A stretch of DNA of 64,000 nt, taken from positions 128,533-192,532 of the forward strand of contig CAAGAN010000033.1 of assembly GCA_900767825.1 (NCBI GenBank), written 5' to 3'. The stretch comes from Bacilli bacterium. GTDB lineage: Bacteria > Bacillota_I > Bacilli_A > RFN20 > CAG-826. The notes under the pieces were generated by a model. That model was not told where the DNA came from. It saw only the letters and a program-made list of their open reading frames with translations, and made no database searches. Shown here piece after piece: positions 28,560-37,065 of this stretch; positions within the stretch are counted from its first letter, which is position 1, and each line of letters begins with the position of its first letter. A program made the translations under genes and the position numbers.

Positions 28560-30369
28560 CGTCATCGTAATATTGGTCGTATTCGCTATATTCGTCATCG
28601 ATATCGCTTTCGTCGATATCATCGTAATCTAAGTTACTCTCTTCTTCTTCGATGGCGGAGAGCTCTTCATCAGTATAGACAGGGACTGCCTGAACTGCTG
28701 GCTTAGTTACTTCGCGCTTGACTTCCTCTTCTGTAATCTTACGTGGACGTTTTAGTTTAGAACCAGACTTGGTCTTCTTTTCCTTAGCGGATTCAAGTTC
28801 CTTTTCAAGGTCATCAAGAGAAGTTGTAGTCTTGACTTCGATAGTTTCCTTGATAGCTGGCTCTTCCTTAACCGGAGCAACAGTTTCTTCTTCCTTGACT
28901 TTGGCGGCTTCTTCTTCAAGGGCTTTTTGGGCCTTGACTTGTTCTAAGGCAGCCTTAGCTGGGTTAGTGGCTTCAAGAGGGAACATATCTGGAGTGACGC
29001 TAGCTTTAGGGGCAACTTTTGGAGTTGGGGCAACTTCTTTTTCTTTGACCTCAACTTCATTTTCCTTTTCTTGTTTTTTGGCTTCTTCAAGGGCTTTTTC
29101 TTTTTCAAGACGTTCCACTTCTTCTTTAGCCTTCCTTGCCTCTTCTTCTTTTCTAGCTTGTTCAAGGGCTTTTTCTTCTTGTTCCTTGATGAAGGCTTGC
29201 TTTTCTTTTTGACGCTTATCTTCTTCATCAAGCTTTTGCCATTCTTCATATGTCAAGTATTCGATTTCATCCATCTTAGCCTTGGATTCTTCAATCATAT
29301 TTAGCTTATAACCAGTAAGTTTGGAGGCTAGGAATAAGTTGGCCATCTTCTTGCCATAGCTAACAGGAAGTGTGCCATCTTTAATGATGACATCGGCTTC
29401 TTTATTTTCTTCATCTAGATTAAGTCCAATGACTTCAGCTGGACGGCAGGCTTCGATTATAAAGAAACCTGGGACATAGGAATAATTGACTATATCAATC
29501 TTTTCCTTAGAAGATCCATTTCCTAATTGTTGGACAATCTTTTGGATTCTAGATCCACCTTGTCCAATGCAGGCCCCAGTCGCATCTACATCGGCTTTAG
29601 TAGAGGCAACTGCAACTTTAGAGCGGATACCAGCTTGTCTAGCAATAGCCTTGATAACTACGGTTCCATCATATATTTCATGAATTTCTTCTTCGAATAA
29701 CTTTTTCAAGAATCCTTCGCTAGAACGGGTAGCTTCGATTTGAGGTCCTCTAGAAGGCTTGCCATCAATTGGGTTAGCGGATTTGACTTCCTGGATATAG
29801 ACCTTTATTTGGTCTCCGATACGGAAGATTTCATTTCCAATAAGTTCTTTCTTGCTTAATTCGACAAAAGTAGTCCCGATTGAGACGGTGACGGATTTAT
29901 CATCAGTCTTCTCGACCGTGCCAACAAGCATCTCTCCAACTTTATCCTTATATATCTTATACAAAGCACCACGTTCGGCTTCTGCTAGTTTTTGGCGGAA
30001 GTTATTCTTGATGGCATTAGTTGTGACTTTAGAGATATCTTCTACTGGGCAAACTACATAATAATCATCCCCGGCAGCATATTTTGGGCTCTTTAATCCT
30101 TCATTTGCCTCTTCGGTAGAGATTTCGACATAGTCATCTTTGACTTCGTCTACTACTTTCTTGACTTGTGCAAGGTCAACATGTCCAGTAATCGGGTCAA
30201 CATGGCAAACGACATTTGTGTCTTCCCATCCACCTAAATACTTGATGTAGGCTCTTACTATGGCCTCTTCCAAAGCGTGGACTACTTCTTCATCGCTAAG
30301 TCCTTTGGAATCTGCAACACCTCTAAGGGCATCGACGAAGCTAATTTTTTCTTCAGTTTTCTTTTTCAT
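28549..30369 (-). CDS. nusA: transcription termination/antitermination factor NusA with a ~260-aa charged C-terminal extension
   Basis: 606 aa. N-terminal domain, S1 domain (GEMLVGTVEK), two KH domains (ACIGQGGSRIQ). This is followed by a Glu/Lys-rich stretch and an acidic Asp/Tyr/Glu tail. Confidence 0.95.
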   Translation of the reverse strand: MKKKTEEKISFVDALRGVADSKGLSDEEVVHALEEAIVRAYIKYLGGWEDTNVVCHVDPITGHVDLAQVKKVVDEVKDDYVEISTEEANEGLKSPKYAAGDDYYVVCPVEDISKVTTNAIKNNFRQKLAEAERGALYKIYKDKVGEMLVGTVEKTDDKSVTVSIGTTFVELSKKELIGNEIFRIGDQIKVYIQEVKSANPIDGKPSRGPQIEATRSSEGFLKKLFEEEIHEIYDGTVVIKAIARQAGIRSKVAVASTKADVDATGACIGQGGSRIQKIVQQLGNGSSKEKIDIVNYSYVPGFFIIEACRPAEVIGLNLDEENKEADVIIKDGTLPVSYGKKMANLFLASKLTGYKLNMIEESKAKMDEIEYLTYEEWQKLDEEDKRQKEKQAFIKEQEEKALEQARKEEEARKAKEEVERLEKEKALEEAKKQEKENEVEVKEKEVAPTPKVAPKASVTPDMFPLEATNPAKAALEQVKAQKALEEEAAKVKEEETVAPVKEEPAIKETIEVKTTTSLDDLEKELESAKEKKTKSGSKLKRPRKITEEEVKREVTKPAVQAVPVYTDEELSAIEEEESNLDYDDIDESDIDDEYSEYDQYYDDDGK

Positions 30370-30391
30370 TTTTATATTCCTATTTTATTAA

Positions 30392-30856
30392 TCAAAATTT
30401 AATGGCTAACCTAGCCTTATCAATATCTTTCCTTGGGAAAGTTGCTTTAGTTAATTTTCCCTTTACCCTAAATTCCATAGTGGCGTTTTCTTGATTTATA
30501 TCAATCAAAGTCCCTTCCAAGATATTCTCTCCCTTATATGGATGGGACAAATGGATATTTAGATAAGAAGAAGTATATTCGCCTAAATCTTCTAATCTTA
30601 TTTTCTTTTCTGCACCAGCAGAAGAAACATCAAGGTTATAAGCCCCTTCGATTGGATCTTCTTTATCTAGAAGAGAAGAAATCAAATCGGAAACTTCAAC
30701 TATTTCATCAAGGCTAATCGGCTTAACTCTATCAACGGATATCGATAAGCTGGATAAAGGCTTTGAATAATTGAATTTAATTTCATACAGGGAATAGCCT
30801 AATTCAGTTAATGGCTTTTCAATAATTGAAGCGATTTTATTTGCAATATCTTCCAT
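30392..30856 (-). CDS. rimP: ribosome maturation factor RimP
   Basis: 154 aa, first gene of the nusA operon. AAGGAGG RBS. Confidence 0.88.
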   Translation of the reverse strand: MEDIANKIASIIEKPLTELGYSLYEIKFNYSKPLSSLSISVDRVKPISLDEIVEVSDLISSLLDKEDPIEGAYNLDVSSAGAEKKIRLEDLGEYTSSYLNIHLSHPYKGENILEGTLIDINQENATMEFRVKGKLTKATFPRKDIDKARLAIKF

Positions 30857-30865
30857 TTACACCTC

Positions 30866-30897
30866 CTTAATAAGAGAAAGAGTGGCAATGCCACTCC
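30866..30897 (-). terminator. leader hairpin plus interrupted U-tract just upstream of the rimP SD (candidate attenuator)
   Basis: Minus-strand RNA GAGUGGC-AUU-GCCACUC (30896-30880), followed by UUUCUCUUAUU and then AAGGAGG. Confidence 0.45.
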
Positions 30898-30943
30898 AAA
30901 ATATTTGAAATAGCGGAACCTCTACGGGATTTCCAGCGAAGAT

Positions 30944-30973
30944 ATTGTAACATAATCCAAGCTTCTTTGTTAA
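30944..30973 (-). promoter_or_regulatory. candidate promoter of the rimP-nusA-infB operon
   Basis: TTAACA (30973-30968), 18-nt spacer, TG-T-TACAAT (extended -10; hexamer at 30949-30944). Confidence 0.45.
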
Positions 30974-31033
30974 GCCTAAAAGAAGAAAAAACCTTATAAA
31001 TTGATAAATTATTTTTAGTTTAATAAAAATAGC

Positions 31034-31054
31034 AAAAACCCCGAATTAACGAGG
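31034..31054 (-). terminator. weak terminator after the 307-aa membrane protein gene
   Basis: CCUCG-UUAAUU-CGGGG followed by UUUUUG on the minus strand. Confidence 0.45.
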
Positions 31055-31076
31055 CTTATATACTTCTTAACCTATT

Positions 31077-32000
31077 TTATTCTTCCTTAGCCAAGACAAG
31101 GTTATTTTTATAATTGATAATGAAATAATAAATATAACTTCCTAACGGAACTAGAATAGCCAAAAGACACAAAATAAGAGGTCCAGTCATCTTAGAAGTC
31201 ATAAATAGCAATGGGAAATTACCCATCATGGATAAAGAGAGGAATGTTGGTTTAATTGAGAAGACTATCAAGAAATAGGCAACTAGGAACAGTCCAATAA
31301 GAGAGAATATAAAAGAAGTCTTCTTTCCTTTCTTTATTCGTTCAATCCCTTCTTTTTCTTCATTGTAGCAAACAAAGAAAATCTCTAGGAACGGAAGGAA
31401 AGCGAATAATAAATAAACGCTTAAGCAGCAAAAGAAATTATCAAAACTCCTATCGAAGTTGACAAAAGAAATCAAGAAATCACCAAGGAAGAAAGATGCA
31501 AAAAGGGAGAATATAGTCCTTAAAATAACAAATATTACGTGACTATCCCCTACTTTTAATCCATATTCGAATCCCTTCTTCCTAAATCCAAAATAGGAAT
31601 ATAGACCACCTACGATGCAAAACAAGAAGCCAAGCAAGAATGAATCGAGAGGATAAATTGCAGTCGCACGGTCAATTATAAACCCTTTATAAGTCCCGTT
31701 ACTTAGGAATATTACATCTAATAGAACAATGATAAATCCTAGAATAGATAAAGCTAGCCCATTGCCTTTCAAAGCTAGTTTCTGCCTATCTTTATTTTTA
31801 TAGAAGAAGCAAAAATGATAAGCATGATAAAAATAGAAAAGGCCAAGGCAAGATAGATATAAAGGCATGAATGTAGGAAGGAAGACTAGGCTAGAACCAA
31901 CATCCTGAATAAAGAACCATCCAATGAAAAATATAGGTAGTCCTGAGAAAGTTAGTAACAAGGCATCTATTAATTTATAGATATAATCGTATTTTTTCAT
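31077..32000 (-). CDS. multi-pass membrane protein, function unknown
   Basis: 307 aa with about 8-9 hydrophobic segments. Its start codon directly abuts the stop of the upstream phosphoesterase gene (TAA-ATG). Confidence 0.55.
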   Translation of the reverse strand: MKKYDYIYKLIDALLLTFSGLPIFFIGWFFIQDVGSSLVFLPTFMPLYLSCLGLFYFYHAYHFCFFYKNKDRQKLALKGNGLALSILGFIIVLLDVIFLSNGTYKGFIIDRATAIYPLDSFLLGFLFCIVGGLYSYFGFRKKGFEYGLKVGDSHVIFVILRTIFSLFASFFLGDFLISFVNFDRSFDNFFCCLSVYLLFAFLPFLEIFFVCYNEEKEGIERIKKGKKTSFIFSLIGLFLVAYFLIVFSIKPTFLSLSMMGNFPLLFMTSKMTGPLILCLLAILVPLGSYIYYFIINYKNNLVLAKEE

Positions 32001-33077
32001 TTAGAACAAAGCCTCCAATGAATAATTTAATGAATAATCTAGGTTAGCCCTATGCATTGAATATGTTCCATCCTTATTTATTTTAATAAGGTTTCCTCCT
32101 TGCATATCATCTCTATAAGAGAGACCATTCCCGGATTTAAGTCCATAGCAAAGTGCAATTGGATCATCTTTTTTGGATTCGTCTAGATAATATTCGGCAC
32201 AGAAATTATTCTTATGGTCATGACCAACAGAAATAGCCTTCGTTGAACCTAGTTTCTCCGCTACTTCAAAGAAGCTAGTCCTTTTATAACCTGCGAATAC
32301 CTGGGTAGTCCCTAGTCCTTCTACTTCATAAGGATATTCATTCATCGTGCCAGAGAAATTCCTTATTTTTCCTGGAGTAGATTCGTTTGCTTTCCCGTAA
32401 GCATGTCTATAGGCATATTCAAATTCCCATAAAGGAATATGGAAATAACATAACGATTTGGAATTTGGGTTAGATTGTTGGGCTAGTTTTACTTGGTTTT
32501 CATACCAGCTAATCTGTTCATCATGAATTACATCATATGGGATTTTAAAGCTGCCAGGATTAAGGGAGCCTGAATCAAGGCAGTAAAGCTGCCAGGCTAA
32601 TTTAGTACCATCTTTGATATTGATTACAAAATTAGTATTCCCGAACAAATCATCATCTTGATAAGTATTGAGGCATTTGCTCCTTTTTAGGCCTTCCCTA
32701 ATTGGAAAGAGCTTATCATAGAAGCCTTGTTCATCATGGTTTCCATAGACAAAAGCAAAATAGGAACAACTAGACTCTTCGATAATATCTAATAAAGATG
32801 TGTAGCTACTTGCATTTGCAGATAAAACCTGGTCGCCGGTCATGATAACTATGTCGGCTTCAGTTTTCTTGATTAATGTTTGAAGGTATTCCCTTTGCTC
32901 TTCTTTATCGGTTGCAAAGGAAAAATGTATATCCGCGAGTTGAAGGATATTTAGGCTAGACTTGGAGCCGAATTCAATTGTCTTGATATAATCTTCCAAA
33001 GGATAGGTCTTATTCGCTGAACAAGAGAAACATAGAAGGCCAAGCATGCCTAGGGCAATAATTTTATTTTTATTCAT
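32001..33077 (-). CDS. lipoprotein calcineurin-like metallophosphoesterase
   Basis: 358 aa. Signal peptide plus lipobox CFSCS. Motifs LADIHFS, TGDQV, GNHD, FHIPL, GHDH. Confidence 0.75.
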   Translation of the reverse strand: MNKNKIIALGMLGLLCFSCSANKTYPLEDYIKTIEFGSKSSLNILQLADIHFSFATDKEEQREYLQTLIKKTEADIVIMTGDQVLSANASSYTSLLDIIEESSCSYFAFVYGNHDEQGFYDKLFPIREGLKRSKCLNTYQDDDLFGNTNFVINIKDGTKLAWQLYCLDSGSLNPGSFKIPYDVIHDEQISWYENQVKLAQQSNPNSKSLCYFHIPLWEFEYAYRHAYGKANESTPGKIRNFSGTMNEYPYEVEGLGTTQVFAGYKRTSFFEVAEKLGSTKAISVGHDHKNNFCAEYYLDESKKDDPIALCYGLKSGNGLSYRDDMQGGNLIKINKDGTYSMHRANLDYSLNYSLEALF

Positions 33078-33243
33078 AGGACTTATTCTACTAGGAACAA
33101 AAAGAAAATAGTAGATGATAAACTATGAAATTTAATAATAGATAAGTAATAGACTTCAATTTATAAAAATAAAAACAATAGTTTTATAACTATCAATATT
33201 TCGTATCTATCGAATATATTTATTTTCTTTAATACTTACTTAT

Positions 33244-33924
33244 TTATTTATAAAGCTTAGCAATGTTAAATCCATCTTCTTTGGCTTTACCAACATCAAA
33301 AGAAGAATTCATATGCATGATATAGACTTTATTCCTTAACTTTGGCTCAATAAATTCTTTTAATTCTTTATAGCCCAAATGAAAGCTAGATTGAACCGGG
33401 GCAACATCAACATAAAGATAATCAAGTTTATTGTCTTTTAATAACTTCAAGGCATTTTGATTTAAAACCGAATTATCCCCAGAATAATAGAAACTAGTAA
33501 CCCCATCATCAATAAAATAAGAATAGCTATTTTCGATATGGACGGCAGGTTCTAAATGGAAATGAATCCCAAATATATTCCCGTCTAAAGAAGAAATAAT
33601 ATCCTCTTCATTTAATGGATATAATTTGACCGCATCGATTAATTTATCTTTAGAAGGATAGATAATAGTTAGCTTCTTGTCTTTATTAAAAACCTTAACA
33701 AAGCAAATCGCTTCACCTAAAGAACCTATATGATCTAGATGGAGATGGGTAATAAAAATAACAATGTTATCGATATTATCAAATAATTTTAGATATATGG
33801 CTTTTTGGAAAATAGCTTGCCCTACATCAAAAAGAAATAATGTCCTGTCTTTAACAAAAAATGATGAGTTATTGCCATTAATGTAATTAAAGGCATCGCC
33901 GTTACCTAAAAATAATAATTCCAT
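33244..33924 (-). CDS. metallo-beta-lactamase-fold hydrolase (PhnP/RNase Z-like size class)
   Basis: MELLFLGNGDAF ... ITHLHLDHIGSL. The ATG at 33924 is 1 nt after the kinase stop. The ORF track offers an ATG at 33954 that overlaps the kinase gene by 29 nt. Confidence 0.75.
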   Translation of the reverse strand: MELLFLGNGDAFNYINGNNSSFFVKDRTLFLFDVGQAIFQKAIYLKLFDNIDNIVIFITHLHLDHIGSLGEAICFVKVFNKDKKLTIIYPSKDKLIDAVKLYPLNEEDIISSLDGNIFGIHFHLEPAVHIENSYSYFIDDGVTSFYYSGDNSVLNQNALKLLKDNKLDYLYVDVAPVQSSFHLGYKELKEFIEPKLRNKVYIMHMNSSFDVGKAKEDGFNIAKLYK

Positions 33925-33925
33925 A

Positions 33926-34387
33926 TCACCAATTATATTCCTTAATCTCATCATAATGGGAGATGTTTTCTTGTTTAGGATAGCTAAATCTAGAATACAT
34001 TTCTCTAATTACTTGTTCAGGAACAACCTTATCTTCTTTTCTATTCTTATTTCTTCTAATTATTTCTTCTAGAGGAACTCTTAACATTATAAGGATCGTT
34101 TTATCTTGCCCTTTGATTCTAGAAAGAAAATATTCCCGCCTAGAATCATCAAGAAAAGTCGAATCCAAGACGATTGTTATATCTTTATTAGATTTAAATA
34201 AATCGTTTGTTTCTTCTATCATCTTGTCATAGACAATATTCATATCCTTAAGCAAGATGTGATAAGAAGAAGTCAAAGAATAACGGATTTCATCGCTAGA
34301 AATAACTTTGGCATCCTTAAAATATTCTTTAGCAAAACTAGATTTGCCACTCCCTGCAACTCCAGAAAGCAATACCAAAGTATTCAT
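33926..34387 (-). CDS. P-loop kinase resembling the 5'-OH polynucleotide kinase domain (AAA_33 type)
   Basis: 153 aa. LLSGVAGSGKSSFAKEYF, VISSDEIR, RRNKNRKEDKVVPEQVIREMY. Compare T4 Pnk RNSKRG..VP..V.R.MY, quoted from memory. Confidence 0.55.
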   Translation of the reverse strand: MNTLVLLSGVAGSGKSSFAKEYFKDAKVISSDEIRYSLTSSYHILLKDMNIVYDKMIEETNDLFKSNKDITIVLDSTFLDDSRREYFLSRIKGQDKTILIMLRVPLEEIIRRNKNRKEDKVVPEQVIREMYSRFSYPKQENISHYDEIKEYNW

Positions 34388-34388
34388 A

Positions 34389-35285
34389 TCAAAGAAGTTT
34401 TTTCCTTAAGGTGCTAGAAATCAAATCTATCACGATTACTAGGAATATGACTCCATATAAAACTGCAGCTAATTGGGACCAATTCTCGCCTGAAGAATAA
34501 ATTGAAATTGGATAGCCAACTCCCCCTGCCCCAACTAAACCAAGCAAAGAAGCAGTCCTGACATTCAAATCGAATCTATATAGGATTACGGAAAGGAAAT
34601 TAGGCGCAACCTGTGGAACTACCCCTAATTGAATCCTAGTAAAAGCGCTCGCCCCGACTGCATCAAGAGCCTCCAACGGTTCTTTTGAAATCATATCTAG
34701 TTGCTCGGCATACATCTTCCCAATCATTCCGATTGAATGGATGGAAAGTACCATGACACCAGTAAAAGCCCCAAAGCCGAATACTTGAATCAATATCAAG
34801 CCTAATAAGATTTCAGGGAATGTACGGATAGTAATAAGAATGACTTCAGATATTATTGACCATTTCCCTACAATCATCTTCGAAGCAAGGAAGCCAAATG
34901 GAATCGATAAAAGTGAGGCAACTGTAGTCCCAACAAAGGCAATCGCAAAAGTCTCGATTATTTGATAGACGACAGAATCGGTAAATTCAAATAAAGAATT
35001 CGGATTGGCCCCGAACATATAATCAAAATCAGGATGGATAAATCCTTCCATCATCTTGCCAAGTTTTGCCCAGTTAGGATTCTTGAAATGTTCAAAAGTC
35101 CCGCAGTCAAGGCTAAACCAAAGCAAAACAGCAGCAATAACCCCAAAGAAAACTAGATTATAAATCCATTTCTTAGGCCTACAAGAATATGCATCTTCAA
35201 CACTAGTAAAATGATGAATTACCTTATGGAAAACCTTTTTATACCAAGGAAGGGCATCATATGCTTCTTTTTCAATACTTTTCAT
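34389..35285 (-). CDS. phnE: phosphonate-type ABC transporter permease
   Basis: 298 aa. Six hydrophobic segments with the PhnE-type EAxxxxGA-like loop (EALDAVGAS). Confidence 0.8.
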   Translation of the reverse strand: MKSIEKEAYDALPWYKKVFHKVIHHFTSVEDAYSCRPKKWIYNLVFFGVIAAVLLWFSLDCGTFEHFKNPNWAKLGKMMEGFIHPDFDYMFGANPNSLFEFTDSVVYQIIETFAIAFVGTTVASLLSIPFGFLASKMIVGKWSIISEVILITIRTFPEILLGLILIQVFGFGAFTGVMVLSIHSIGMIGKMYAEQLDMISKEPLEALDAVGASAFTRIQLGVVPQVAPNFLSVILYRFDLNVRTASLLGLVGAGGVGYPISIYSSGENWSQLAAVLYGVIFLVIVIDLISSTLRKKLL

Positions 35286-36226
35286 TGAATTACCCTCCTT
35301 CTTAGATAATTAGAAACTAACTGTAAGACAAATACTACGATAAATAATGGGACTAATATTGCCCCTACTTTATCCCATTGGGTGGCACTTGTCGCATCAG
35401 AAAGAAGCTGTCCGATTCCGCCTGCCCCGACAAAGCCTAAGACAACCGAGGCACGAATATTAATTTCGAATGTATAGACAAAGTTAGACATAAACATTGG
35501 ATAGACACTTGGATGAAGTCCGTTCCAATAAGCCTCTAACCTATTCGCCCCATTAGAAATACATACTTCAAATGGATTCATATCTTGGGTTTCGATATAT
35601 TCGTACATCAATTTGAAGATAATCCCAAATGTGAATATAGTCATGGCAAATATACCGGCCGTATTGTTATATCCATAGAATATAGCCCCAATAATGGCTA
35701 AAACGAATGTTGGGATAGTCCTAATAATATTGATAATTACCCTGACAACTATATTTACTGGTTTATTTTTAGTGACGTTATTTGATGCTAGCAAATAAAA
35801 TGGAACCGCTAATAAAGTACCTAATACAGTTGCGATAAATACCATCTCCACAGTTTCCCAAATACGTTTGCAGGCAACATTAAATAAATAGTCCCACCAG
35901 GCATCTTTAGTTTTTAAACTCCATTTAGAAGGAGTGAATAGCTGCGATACGATTTCAGGAATCTTATCCCATCTAATTCTTACGGTTGAATCTAACCTGG
36001 TAAAAGATGCACAAAGGATAAATAAAGCAACAATAGCAACGATGGCTATATAAACTCCTAACGGCCTTTTCTTTTCGATTATCTTATCTTCGTTACCATT
36101 ATCAAAGGTAACTCTTACTTGCTTATACCTAACTTTATGGAAAAAAGCCCTGACTTTATCGAATTTAGGGGAAGCAAAATAAGTTGATAATGGGGTTTTA
36201 GAAGAATTATTTTGCTTCTTTTTCAT
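35282..36226 (-). CDS. phnE: phosphonate-type ABC transporter permease (second copy)
   Basis: [13 protein letters not shown] loop and a layout paralogous to the downstream permease. I prefer the MKKKQNN start at 36226; the ORF-track start is 36253. Confidence 0.8.
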   Translation of the reverse strand: MKKKQNNSSKTPLSTYFASPKFDKVRAFFHKVRYKQVRVTFDNGNEDKIIEKKRPLGVYIAIVAIVALFILCASFTRLDSTVRIRWDKIPEIVSQLFTPSKWSLKTKDAWWDYLFNVACKRIWETVEMVFIATVLGTLLAVPFYLLASNNVTKNKPVNIVVRVIINIIRTIPTFVLAIIGAIFYGYNNTAGIFAMTIFTFGIIFKLMYEYIETQDMNPFEVCISNGANRLEAYWNGLHPSVYPMFMSNFVYTFEINIRASVVLGFVGAGGIGQLLSDATSATQWDKVGAILVPLFIVVFVLQLVSNYLRRRVIQ

Positions 36227-36995
36227 GATCTTCCACCCCGAGTTTCTCTTCACGTTTTAAAGCACGTCCATAAATCTTAAGGAGTACATCGTCTGTTACT
36301 TCTTCTTTTGGACCGTCAAAAACAATTTCCCCAGCCTTAATGCCGATTATCCTAGTCGCATATTTAATAGCCAAGTCGACGTGATGCATATTAGCAATTA
36401 TAGTTATGCCTTCTTCTTGGTTGATTCGCTTAAAATCATCCATTACCGATAAAGTTGTTATAGGATCAAGAGAAGCAACTGGTTCATCTGCTAAAATTAG
36501 TTGAGGTTGTTGGCAAAGCGCCCTAGCAAGAGCTACTCTTTGTTGCTGCCCGCCACTAAGTTGATCGGCCCTAGTATAGGCTTTGTCTAATATTCCTAGT
36601 TTATCTAGACATCTTAAGGCAAGCATTTTCTCTTCTTTGCTATAAATGGAGAAAAGACAAGAGAATGTATTATGGTATCCAACTCTACCAGACAATACAT
36701 TTTTATAAACACTAGAACGCTTTACCAAATTGAATGATTGGAAAATCATCCCTATATGACGTCTTATTTCCCTTAATTCCTTGCCTTTGGCTTTGGATAT
36801 GTCTTTGTTATCGACATAAAGTTCACCCTCGCTAATTGGATGCATCTTGTTTATTGTCCTAATAAGGGTAGATTTACCAGCCCCAGAAAGGCCGATAATG
36901 CAGACAAATTCGCCATCTTTTATAGTAAGGTTTATATTTTTCAAGGCAGTGAATCCGTTTGGATAGGTTTTGGTAACGTTTTTAAATTCAATCAT
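36207..36995 (-). CDS. phnC: phosphonate-type ABC transporter ATP-binding protein
   Basis: 262 aa. [33 protein letters not shown]. Confidence 0.88.
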   Translation of the reverse strand: MIEFKNVTKTYPNGFTALKNINLTIKDGEFVCIIGLSGAGKSTLIRTINKMHPISEGELYVDNKDISKAKGKELREIRRHIGMIFQSFNLVKRSSVYKNVLSGRVGYHNTFSCLFSIYSKEEKMLALRCLDKLGILDKAYTRADQLSGGQQQRVALARALCQQPQLILADEPVASLDPITTLSVMDDFKRINQEEGITIIANMHHVDLAIKYATRIIGIKAGEIVFDGPKEEVTDDVLLKIYGRALKREEKLGVEDHEKEAK

Positions 36996-37065
36996 TGTTT
37001 TTTCTCCGTCTATATCTAGGAAAAGGGGGAGCCAACTAGCTCCCCCAGTAGAGGATTAATTTAAA

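Noticed and set aside
28718-29304. Plus- and minus-strand ORFs of 77-164 aa within the nusA 3' region
   Set aside because: These are compositional artefacts of the Glu/Lys-rich NusA tail (GAA/AAG repeats read in other frames). No independent signals support them.
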